Assembly (NCBI GenBank): GCA_017962585.1
Contig: JAGCVB010000050.1
Span: forward strand, 1-49,174
DNA from: Bacteroidales bacterium
GTDB taxonomy: Bacteria; Bacteroidota; Bacteroidia; Bacteroidales; UBA932
Direction: 5' to 3'
Length of the DNA stretch: 49,174 nt
Shown piece after piece: positions 9,662-17,949 of this stretch. The notes below the pieces were generated by a model that saw only the letters and a list, made by a program, of their open reading frames with translations, was not told where the DNA came from and ran no database searches. Position numbers and translations under genes: made by a program. How positions within the stretch are numbered: position 1 is the first letter of the stretch; every line of letters begins with the position of its first letter.

Positions 9662-10654
9662 ATGGAAAACATAAACATCCAAGAACTCAACGAACGCATT
9701 CAGAAAGAGAGCGCCTTTGTAGATTTGCTTACAATGCAGATGGGAAAGGTGATAGTGGGCCAGAAACATCTGGTGGAGAACCTGCTCATAGGCCTCCTGG
9801 CCAACGGCCACATCCTTCTCGAAGGTGTTCCTGGCTTGGCAAAGACCCTGGCGATCAATACTCTGTCCCAGGCCGTGAACGCCAAGTTCAGCCGAATTCA
9901 GTTTACCCCGGACCTTCTCCCGGCCGACCTTCTCGGAACCCTCATCTACTCCCAGAAAAAGGAGTTGTTCGAGGTGCACAAGGGCCCTATCTTCGCAAAC
10001 TTCGTCCTTGCCGACGAGATCAACCGTTCTCCGGCAAAGGTGCAGTCTGCCCTTCTGGAGGCTATGCAGGAGCGCCAGGTAACCCTGGGCGACCAGACCT
10101 ACAAACTTCCCGAGCCCTTCCTGGTAATGGCCACCCAGAACCCTATAGAGCAGGAAGGAACCTATCCTCTTCCCGAGGCGCAGGTAGACCGTTTCATGCT
10201 CAAGGTAGTTGTGGATTATCCCAAGAAAGAGGAAGAGAGACTGATTGTCCGTATGAACAACACCGGCGTGTTCCCCAAGGCCGAGCCCGTCATCAGCCCC
10301 GAGGACATAGTCCGCGCCCGTGATGTCGTACGCGACGTCTATATGGATGAAAAAATAGAGCGTTACATAGTTGATATAGTCTATGCCACCCGCACCCCTG
10401 AGGATTACGGCCTCAAGGGAATGAAGAACCTCATCTCGTTCGGCGCTTCGCCGCGAGCCAGCATCTCGCTGAGCCTTGCCGCCAAGGCCTACGCCTTCAT
10501 CAAGAGGCGCGGCTACGTCATTCCAGAGGACGTCAGGGCCGTCTGCAACGAGGTCCTCCGTCACCGTATCGGCCTCAGTTATGAAGCCGAGGCAGAGAAC
10601 GTAAAGGCAGAAGACATTATCGAGCAAGTTATAAATGCCGTCATCGTCCCATAA
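9662..10654 (+). CDS. moxR: MoxR family AAA+ ATPase
   Basis: LLEGVPGLAKT (Walker A variant), RIQFTPDLLPAD, LADEINR, ATQNPIEQEGTYPLPEAQVDRF, GASPRA. Confidence 0.95.
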   Translation: MENINIQELNERIQKESAFVDLLTMQMGKVIVGQKHLVENLLIGLLANGHILLEGVPGLAKTLAINTLSQAVNAKFSRIQFTPDLLPADLLGTLIYSQKKELFEVHKGPIFANFVLADEINRSPAKVQSALLEAMQERQVTLGDQTYKLPEPFLVMATQNPIEQEGTYPLPEAQVDRFMLKVVVDYPKKEEERLIVRMNNTGVFPKAEPVISPEDIVRARDVVRDVYMDEKIERYIVDIVYATRTPEDYGLKGMKNLISFGASPRASISLSLAAKAYAFIKRRGYVIPEDVRAVCNEVLRHRIGLSYEAEAENVKAEDIIEQVINAVIVP

Positions 10655-11537
10655 CGCAAGCGCTGCAGACCTGCTGGGCAAAGTCCGCAAGATAGAGATC
10701 AAGACGCGGGCGCTGTCGCACCAGATATTCGCAGGAGAGTACCACTCCGCCTTCAAAGGGCGCGGAATGGCCTTCAGCGAGGTGCGTGAGTACCAGTGGG
10801 GGGACGACGTGCGCTCCATGGACTGGAACGTCACTGCCCGCCTGCGGACGCCGTACGTGAAAGTTTTCGAAGAGGAGCGCGAACTCACCGTGGTGCTGCT
10901 GGTGGACGTGAGCGGATCCGGCTTCTTCGGCACCGCCTCCCGCACCAAGAGGGAACTTCTGGCCGAGATAGCCGCCGTGCTTTCCTTCAGCGCCATCCTC
11001 AATAACGACAAGGTGGGAGCGCTGTTCTTCAGCGACCGCATTGAGAAATTCATCCCGCCCGGAAAGGGCCGCAGCCACCTCCTTCACATAATCAGGGAGA
11101 TAATAGACCTGGAGCCCGCCTCGGAGGGGACGGACATAGGGGAAGCGCTGCGTTATCTGACCAACGCCATCAAGAAGAGGTGCACTGCATTCGTCCTCAG
11201 CGACATGATGGACGTGGACGCCGACGGCAACCTGCGCTACGAAGACGCGCTTAAAGTTGCGGCCGGCCGCCACGACCTCTCCGTGATAAAGGTTCACGAC
11301 CCTCGCGAACAGTCGCTGCCCGACGTGGGTCTGGTGAACGTACGCGACCTGGAAACCGGTTCAGGATCCTGGATCAACACCTCCAGTTCGCGCGTACGCA
11401 ATGCATATGCTGCCTGGTACAGGGATGTGGCTGCAAAAGAGAAAAGCATTTTCAACCGCTATAAAGTAGATTCGGTGGACATTGCCACCAACGACGATTA
11501 CGTCAAGGGACTTATGACTCTGTTCAGCAAGAAATGA
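10635..11537 (+). CDS. DUF58 domain (vWA-like) protein
   Basis: G.YHSAFKGRGM.FSEVREYQ.GDDVRSMDWNVTAR, FEEERE, DVSGS; typical position after moxR. Confidence 0.92.
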   Translation: MPSSSHNASAADLLGKVRKIEIKTRALSHQIFAGEYHSAFKGRGMAFSEVREYQWGDDVRSMDWNVTARLRTPYVKVFEEERELTVVLLVDVSGSGFFGTASRTKRELLAEIAAVLSFSAILNNDKVGALFFSDRIEKFIPPGKGRSHLLHIIREIIDLEPASEGTDIGEALRYLTNAIKKRCTAFVLSDMMDVDADGNLRYEDALKVAAGRHDLSVIKVHDPREQSLPDVGLVNVRDLETGSGSWINTSSSRVRNAYAAWYRDVAAKEKSIFNRYKVDSVDIATNDDYVKGLMTLFSKK

Positions 11538-12484
11538 GACTGTTGCTTGTCATATACGCATTGGTTTCGGGAATCATCCCGTCCGGCCAGAGCTACCTGA
11601 AGCAGCTCCAGCAGCGGGATTCCATACTCATTGCGGACCAGCTGGAATACGGAGTGGAGATGAAGGGAATGCCCGCGGACGCCATCCTGGCTTTCCAGGA
11701 TTACTCCAAGGTTATGACAGACACCCTGACCCTGGTACGCGCCTGGAAAGTGGACACGTTGAAAGTCAACAGGACTTCCGGAGTCCCTACCCTTGACCTG
11801 AGGGCGTCTGTAGTGATAGCCCCGTTCGAAGAAGGTCATTACACCCTGCCCGACGTTGCCGTGCAGCGTACTGTGGGGGCGTCTATGGACACCCTCCTGT
11901 TCACAGGGATGGAGTTCGAGGCCAAGACTATCCCTATAGATACCGCCACATTCCAGATACACGACATAAAAGGCCAGATCAAGTATCCCCTGACGCTGGC
12001 AGAGTTGCTTCCATATATAATTGGTATATGGATAGTGGCGCTTCTGGCAATCATCATCGGCTGCCTCATCATTATGGCAGGCCGTCGTGAGACTGTTGTG
12101 GAGGTCCGCAGGGATCCTCCGTACATAGTTGCCCTGCGCAACCTGGATACTCTCAAGGGAGACAAGTACTGGGCTCCGGAAAAACAGAAGACACTCTACT
12201 CCGGAATCACAGACACCCTGCGCACCTATATAGAAAATGTCTTCGGCATCAATGCCGAGGAAATGACCACCGCCGAGATATTCGACGCATTGGAGGGACG
12301 CATCCCGGACGACCTTTATGCCGAGACCAAGGCCCTTTTCGAGACATCCGACTTCGTGAAGTTCGCCAAGTTCACCGCTACGGAGCAACAGAACGCTTCC
12401 GCGGTGCCTTCCGCAGTCAAGTTTGTAACATCCACCTACCAGACACAGCTGGAAGGTGAGCAAAAAGAGGAGGAGGCCGCCTGA
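11534..12484 (+). CDS. Bat-operon conserved membrane protein (BatD-like N-terminus, single TM)
   Basis: Signal/periplasmic domain, DIK motif, TM segment, PPY.VAL..L, LRTYIE..FGI.A.EMTT.EI, SDFVKFAKF; located between DUF58 and batA. Confidence 0.8.
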   Translation: MRLLLVIYALVSGIIPSGQSYLKQLQQRDSILIADQLEYGVEMKGMPADAILAFQDYSKVMTDTLTLVRAWKVDTLKVNRTSGVPTLDLRASVVIAPFEEGHYTLPDVAVQRTVGASMDTLLFTGMEFEAKTIPIDTATFQIHDIKGQIKYPLTLAELLPYIIGIWIVALLAIIIGCLIIMAGRRETVVEVRRDPPYIVALRNLDTLKGDKYWAPEKQKTLYSGITDTLRTYIENVFGINAEEMTTAEIFDALEGRIPDDLYAETKALFETSDFVKFAKFTATEQQNASAVPSAVKFVTSTYQTQLEGEQKEEEAA

Positions 12485-13467
12485 TGTTCTTCGAGTATCC
12501 CAAACTGCTCTGGCTGATGATTGTACCCGCGCTCCTGGCGGCACTTTACGTGTTCCGGGAGATCACGGGACGCCGCACCAACCTGCAGGTGGCTTCCGCC
12601 AGGCAGTGGCAGAGCGGCGGAAAGACGGCGCTGGAAGTGTTGAGGCACCTGCCTGCATTGCTGCGCATAGCGGCCCTGTGCCTGATAGTGGTGTGCATAG
12701 CGCGTCCCAGGTCATCGTCGCAGACAGAGAAGATAGATACGGAGGGTATCGACATAATCCTGGCGATGGACGTCTCTACCAGTATGCTGGCCAGGGACTT
12801 CACGCCTGACAGGATAAACGCCGCCAAGGATATTGCGATGGAGTTCATCGCGCAGAGGCCTTCCGACAGGATGGGCATAGTGGTGTTCGCCGGCGAAAGC
12901 TACACCCAGTGCCCCCTTACTACCGACAGGTCAACTCTGATAAACCTGATGAAGGAACTTCAGACGGGCCTGATAGAAGACGGCACCGCAATTGGAAACG
13001 GTCTGGCAACGGCAGTGGCAAGGATAATGGATTCCGATGCCAAGAGCCGCGTGGTGATATTGCTGACTGACGGAGTTAACAACAGCGGTGAGATAGCCCC
13101 CGACACCGCCGCAGAAATTGCTTATACATACGGAGTGAGGGTTTATACTATCGGAGTGGGAGCCAACGGAATGGCTCCGTACCCGGTAATGACCCCCTGG
13201 GGAGTTCAGATGCAGAACCTGCCCGTAGAAATTGACGAGGACCTCCTGAAGAGGGTGGCGCAGACCACCGGCGGAAGGTATTTCCGGGCCACGGACAATA
13301 CCAAGTTGGCCGAGATCTACGCTGAGATCAACCAGATGGAGAAGGCCCGTACCACAATAGACAGTTTCCCCGTTTACAAGGAACTGTTCCTCAAGTACGC
13401 ACTGATAGCCATTGCGCTGCTGCTCCTGGAGCTTGTCCTCAGGTTTCTGATGAAGAGACTGACATAA
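12484..13467 (+). CDS. batA: BatA vWA domain protein
   Basis: F.YP..LWL, ARPR, MIDAS DVSTSM, TQCPLT.D, GTAIGNGLA, LLTDG.NN.G, TGGRYFRAT. Confidence 0.93.
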   Translation: MFFEYPKLLWLMIVPALLAALYVFREITGRRTNLQVASARQWQSGGKTALEVLRHLPALLRIAALCLIVVCIARPRSSSQTEKIDTEGIDIILAMDVSTSMLARDFTPDRINAAKDIAMEFIAQRPSDRMGIVVFAGESYTQCPLTTDRSTLINLMKELQTGLIEDGTAIGNGLATAVARIMDSDAKSRVVILLTDGVNNSGEIAPDTAAEIAYTYGVRVYTIGVGANGMAPYPVMTPWGVQMQNLPVEIDEDLLKRVAQTTGGRYFRATDNTKLAEIYAEINQMEKARTTIDSFPVYKELFLKYALIAIALLLLELVLRFLMKRLT

Positions 13468-13481
13468 TGGATTGAACAGAC

Positions 13482-14483
13482 GTGATTTATTTTGGCAACA
13501 TAAAGTTCCTGTGGCTCCTATTGCTGGTGCCTGTCATAGTGGCGGGTTACGCAATTATGCGTTACCGCCGCCGCAAGGCCCTGAAGGCCTTTGGCGACGA
13601 GGCCCTGGTGAACGAACTGATGCCGCGGTACTCCGCCGTAAAGGGCTGGCTGCGCTGTCTGCTGACTGCGCTGGCCTTCGCCTGCTTCGTCGTAGGCCTC
13701 GCACGCCCCATGGTGGGAGCCGCCCTCAAGGAGCACCAGAGTTCCGGCGCCGAAATAATGATATGCCTGGACGTATCAAATTCGATGCTCGCCCAGGATT
13801 ATTCCCCCAGCCGTCTGGAGAGGGCCAAACTGGCCATCAACCGCCTTACGGACCGTCTTGTGGAGGACAGGATAGGCTTGATAGTGTTTGCCGGAACGTC
13901 ATTCGTGCAGCTGCCTATTACTACTGACTATATTTCTGCCAAGATGTTCCTGTCTACCGTGGACACCCGCTCCGTGCCGGTTCAGGGAACAGCGATAGGT
14001 GACGCAATAACCACCGCCATACGCAGTTTCAGCGCCCAGAGCGAGAAAAGCCGCGCCATAATAGTCATTACCGACGGCGAGAATCACGAGGACGACGCCG
14101 TGGCAGCGGCGCAGACCGCCTTCGAGCAGGGCATAAAGGTCTACACCATAGGCGTAGGTTCTGCGCAGGGACAGCCCATCCCTTACGCCGGAGGCCTCCT
14201 GAAAGACTCCGAGGGCAACATAGTGGTGACCCGGCTTGACGAGGAAACCCTCAAGAGCGTGGCAGCCGCAGGCGGGGGAGCCTATGTGCACGCCGGAAAC
14301 GAGGAATTCGGCCTCAATCCCATAATCGAGGACATAGAGAAGATGGAGGACGAGACTTTCAGTTCCGTAGTGTTTGAAGAATTCGACGAGCAGTTCATGT
14401 ATTTCTTCGCGGCGGCGCTCATCTTCTTCGCCCTTGAGATGCTGCTGGGAGAGAGGAGCCCTAAAAAGAAGTTGTTCGTATGA
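13482..14483 (+). CDS. batB: BatB vWA domain protein
   Basis: LARP, DVSNSMLAQD..PSRL, QLPITTDY, ITDGENHE, VVTRLDE..L; GTG start. Confidence 0.92.
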   Translation: MIYFGNIKFLWLLLLVPVIVAGYAIMRYRRRKALKAFGDEALVNELMPRYSAVKGWLRCLLTALAFACFVVGLARPMVGAALKEHQSSGAEIMICLDVSNSMLAQDYSPSRLERAKLAINRLTDRLVEDRIGLIVFAGTSFVQLPITTDYISAKMFLSTVDTRSVPVQGTAIGDAITTAIRSFSAQSEKSRAIIVITDGENHEDDAVAAAQTAFEQGIKVYTIGVGSAQGQPIPYAGGLLKDSEGNIVVTRLDEETLKSVAAAGGGAYVHAGNEEFGLNPIIEDIEKMEDETFSSVVFEEFDEQFMYFFAAALIFFALEMLLGERSPKKKLFV

Positions 14484-15160
14484 AAAAGATAATTTTGTCT
14501 CTGATTGCGCTGCTGCTGGCAGTGGGTGCTTCGGCCCAGGCGGACCGGAGGGAAGTGCGTGAAGGCAACCGCAAGTTCCGCGGGGGCAACTTCCGCCAGG
14601 CGGAGATAGATTACCGCAAGGCTACCGTAAAAGATTCGCTTTCGGTGGCTGCCCAGTACAACTTGGCATCCTCCCTTTACAGGCAGGACGACTTCGAAGG
14701 GGCCGCCGGTGCCCTCCTTACCGTCAAGGACGTGGTCAAGGGACATAAGAATGAGGCGGACTATTACTTCAACGCCGGTGACGCGGCTCTTAAGAAAGAG
14801 GAGTACCAGGCGGCAGTGGAGGCGTTCAAGGCATCACTTCTGCTGAATCCTGATGACATAGAAGCAAAAGAGAATTATATTTACGCCAAGAAAAAGTTGC
14901 AGGACCAGCAGCAGGACGGCGGAGGCAATGACAACCAGGACCAGAATCAGGACCAGGATCAGAACCAGGACCAGAATCAACAGAATCAGGACCAGAACCA
15001 GGACGACCAGCAACAGCAGCCTCCTCGCGAGCAGAAGATCTCTCCCCAACAGGCCCAGCAGATGCTGAACGCCATGCTGGCCAAAGAGAGAGAGACCCAG
15101 GACAGGGTAAACCAGGAAAAAGCCCAGGCCAACCCTGACAAGAAAGAAAAGAATTGGTAA
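14480..15160 (+). CDS. batC: BatC TPR protein with Q/D/N-rich low-complexity tail
   Basis: Signal peptide, TPR (YNLA..LY, YFNAG..AL, FKASLLLNPDD), QDQN repeats, AQQML.A....E..TQ, C-terminal EKNW. Confidence 0.9.
   Translation: MKKIILSLIALLLAVGASAQADRREVREGNRKFRGGNFRQAEIDYRKATVKDSLSVAAQYNLASSLYRQDDFEGAAGALLTVKDVVKGHKNEADYYFNAGDAALKKEEYQAAVEAFKASLLLNPDDIEAKENYIYAKKKLQDQQQDGGGNDNQDQNQDQDQNQDQNQQNQDQNQDDQQQQPPREQKISPQQAQQMLNAMLAKERETQDRVNQEKAQANPDKKEKNW
14927..15019 (+). repeat. Coding degenerate tandem repeat (CAG-GAC/CAG-AAY; QDQN) in batC
   Basis: NDNQDQNQDQDQNQDQNQQNQDQNQDDQQQQ. Confidence 0.8.
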
Positions 15161-17745
15161 TGAAAAGGATTACAGCCATACTCATCCTGTGTATCGCGGC
15201 TCTTACGCTGCGAGCCCAGTCTTCCATAAGGGTGGACGCCCCCAATCTGGTAGCGTCCAGCGAACAGTTCAACGTCACCTTCGTGATAGAAGGGGAGGAT
15301 TCTCCCACGGACTTCCAATGGAATCCCGGTGAAGACTTCCAGTTGGTATGGGGACCGCAGAAAGGCTCTTCCAGGAGTGTTACCATAGTCAACGGCAAGC
15401 GCACCACATCTTCCCAGACTACATTCACGTATGTCCTGATGCCAAAGAAGGAAGGAAAGTTCACGCTTTCGGGCGCTACTGCCAAGGTGGGAGGCAGGGA
15501 AATATCTTCTTCAGGCATTACCGTTGAGGTGGTTTCCGCTCAGGGCGGCGGATCGTCCCAGGGCGGGGCGGCATCTTCCGGCGGCCAGGTGCAGGAGAGC
15601 GGCAACATTTCGGACGACGACCTTTTCCTGAGGCTTACCCTCAGCCGCACTTCGGCGGTGGTCGGAGAGCCCATCAACGTATCGTTGAAACTTTATCAGA
15701 GGGTGAGCGTAGCCGGGTTCGAAGACGCCAGGTTCCCATCTTTCAACGGTTTCTGGAGCCAGGAAATTCAGGCTCCTACCAGCATAGAGTTCACACGCGA
15801 AAACTATAACGGCAGTTTGTACAATTCTGCCATCCTCAGAACCTGGACAATCATACCCCAGCAGAGCGGCGACATCACCATTGAGCCCGCCGAACTGGTA
15901 TGCCTGGTCAATGTGCGTGTCGCAACCGGAGGAGGAAGCATATTCGACAGTTTCTTCCAGGACGATTTCCGCACCGTACGCAAGAGAATCTACTCGAAAT
16001 CTTTTACCGTCAAGGTGTCTCCGCTCCCGGCAGGCGCTCCGGCTTCATTCGGCGGGGGAGTGGGCAACTTCTCAATGAACGCCTCCTTGTCGGCGAACGA
16101 AGTGAACGCGCACGACGCCGCCTCCCTCAAGGTGACCATATCCGGCAGCGGCAACGTATACCTGCTGGAGGCCCCCAAGATACAGTTCCCGCCGGACTTC
16201 GAGGCATATGACGTGAAAATCACCGACTCCCAGGGTGCCAAGACCTTCGAATATCCGTTCATCCCCCGCAGTTCCGGAGATTTCACCATCGGTCCCGTGG
16301 AGTACAGTTACTTTGACATCAATACTCGCAAGTACGTGACGCTCAAGTCCGATCCCATGCCTCTGAGCGTGGCCAGGGGAAGCAGCACGGACAGCCCCGG
16401 GGCGGGAGTCATCAACAACGTTTCCCGCAGGGACGTGCGCAACCTGGACAGCGACATCCGGTACATAGTCACCAAGACTCCCAAGTTCAATTCCGACGGA
16501 GGATTCTTCGCGTTCGGAAAGACATTCTGGGCGATAGCCGCCGCTCTTGCCCTGCTGTGGCTGGCAGCGTTCCTTCTGCTGCGCAAGCTGCTGGCACGGC
16601 GCTCCGACGTAGCGCTCACCAAGAACCGCAAGGCTACCTCGATGGCCCGCAAGAGGCTCGCCCTGGCAGGAGACTTCCTCCAGAAGAACCTCTACACGGC
16701 CTTCTACGAGGAACTGCACAAAGCCTTGCTGGGTTTTGCCGGTGACAAGCTGAACATGGACCTGGCCGATATGTCCAAGGAGAACATAGGCGCAGAACTT
16801 TGCTCCCGCGGCGCTTCCGAGGGCATTGCCAAGGAATTCACCGACCTGCTGGACGCCTGTGATTACGCGCGCTACGCCCCCGATGCCGGTCACGAGGCCA
16901 TGGAAGAACATTACAAGAAGTCATTGGAAGTGATATCCGCAATAGACCATTCTATGAAAGAGAACAAGAAGGCTCCGGCCAAGGGGGTCGCAGCCGCCCT
17001 GCTGCTGTTGCTGCTGCCTGGCGCGCTCAATGCGGCACCCCAGGATTATCCCGATTCCCTGTGGAATGCGGGCACGGCCGCATACGCCGACGGCCGCTGG
17101 CAGGACGCCCTCGACGCCTGGACGCAGATAGACGCCCTGGGAATCGAGTCCGCCGACCTTTCGTTCAATATGGGTAACGCGTGCTTTAAGCTTTCGGACT
17201 ACGCTCACGCCATCCTCAATTACGAGCGCGCTCTCAAACTGGATCCTTCATCCGCGGACATACGCCATAACCTGCAGTACGCCAACGAATTCATTCAGGA
17301 CAACATAGAGCCCGTACCCGATTTCTTCCTCACGGAGTGGCTCCGCGCCCTCGCGCGTCAGCTGCCGGCCGACACCTGGGCCGTGCTGTTCCTGCTGCTC
17401 CTGGCAGCCGCGCTCGGCCTCCTGCTGCTGTTCCTGCTGGGGCGCAGCTCGTCTGCAAAGAAGGCAGGCTTCTACGGCGCCATAGCCGCCGCAGTGCTCT
17501 GCCTGCTGTGCATTGCCGCTTCCAGAACGCAGTACAACCAGGCTGTAAACTCTTCTGACGCCATAATCGTCAGGGCGGTGACCTCTGTAAAGAGTTCCCC
17601 TTCAGGCAGTACGGCCAAAGACCTTTTCATCCTGCACGAGGGAGCGAAAGTCCACATTCTGGATTCAGTGGGAGAGTGGCTTAATATCGAATTGCCTGAC
17701 GGGCGGCAGGGATGGTTGCTTCAAAGTGACCTGGAAATCATCTGA
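15160..17745 (+). CDS. batD: BatD-BatE fusion protein
   Basis: BatD Ig-like repeats (GFWSQEI, F.GGVG.FS, G.GN, FEY.FIPR..GDFTI, DIRYI), TM, C..ARYAP, then in frame a BatE module (TPR 'AILNYERALKLDPS..DIRHNL', two TMs, SH3 'LFILHEGAKV..W.NIELPDGRQGW'); ATG overlaps the batC TAA. Confidence 0.9.
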   Translation: MKRITAILILCIAALTLRAQSSIRVDAPNLVASSEQFNVTFVIEGEDSPTDFQWNPGEDFQLVWGPQKGSSRSVTIVNGKRTTSSQTTFTYVLMPKKEGKFTLSGATAKVGGREISSSGITVEVVSAQGGGSSQGGAASSGGQVQESGNISDDDLFLRLTLSRTSAVVGEPINVSLKLYQRVSVAGFEDARFPSFNGFWSQEIQAPTSIEFTRENYNGSLYNSAILRTWTIIPQQSGDITIEPAELVCLVNVRVATGGGSIFDSFFQDDFRTVRKRIYSKSFTVKVSPLPAGAPASFGGGVGNFSMNASLSANEVNAHDAASLKVTISGSGNVYLLEAPKIQFPPDFEAYDVKITDSQGAKTFEYPFIPRSSGDFTIGPVEYSYFDINTRKYVTLKSDPMPLSVARGSSTDSPGAGVINNVSRRDVRNLDSDIRYIVTKTPKFNSDGGFFAFGKTFWAIAAALALLWLAAFLLLRKLLARRSDVALTKNRKATSMARKRLALAGDFLQKNLYTAFYEELHKALLGFAGDKLNMDLADMSKENIGAELCSRGASEGIAKEFTDLLDACDYARYAPDAGHEAMEEHYKKSLEVISAIDHSMKENKKAPAKGVAAALLLLLLPGALNAAPQDYPDSLWNAGTAAYADGRWQDALDAWTQIDALGIESADLSFNMGNACFKLSDYAHAILNYERALKLDPSSADIRHNLQYANEFIQDNIEPVPDFFLTEWLRALARQLPADTWAVLFLLLLAAALGLLLLFLLGRSSSAKKAGFYGAIAAAVLCLLCIAASRTQYNQAVNSSDAIIVRAVTSVKSSPSGSTAKDLFILHEGAKVHILDSVGEWLNIELPDGRQGWLLQSDLEII

Positions 17746-17801
17746 AAATACCCTGAAAAGCGTTCTGGTGCCTAAAAAAAGCATCTGAAAAGTATTTTTT
17801 T

Positions 17802-17833
17802 ATTGCATAAAAGAAATATTGTGCATATATTTG
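17802..17833 (+). promoter_or_regulatory. sigmaA promoter of the large surface lipoprotein gene
   Basis: ATTG (17802-17805), 20-nt spacer, TATATTTG (17826-17833). Confidence 0.65.
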
Positions 17834-17949
17834 TGCGTTGTATGTTGTATTGTATCGGCATTGGATAGAGTGCCAGATACTAATACGCGTACGGAAATGA
17901 TAATTAATTACAATAATTATAGTTCAACTTTTTTAAATCTATTCCATTT

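Noticed and set aside
9653-11053. 466-aa minus-strand ORF overlapping moxR/DUF58
   Set aside because: Antisense shadow of strongly codon-biased genes; no recognisable motifs
11498-12544. 348-aa minus-strand ORF, plus the many other 60-280 aa ORFs antisense or out of frame to known genes
   Set aside because: Fully nested against confidently assigned genes; composition is typical of shadow ORFs
14927-15019. QDQN repeat as a phase-variable or CRISPR element
   Set aside because: Low-complexity tail normal for BatC; units are multiples of three and degenerate
17746-17949. Invertible (phase-variable) promoter for the surface protein; short CTGAAAA direct repeats at 17742, 17753 and 17785
   Set aside because: No convincing flanking inverted repeats or recombinase; the direct repeats are short and AT-rich
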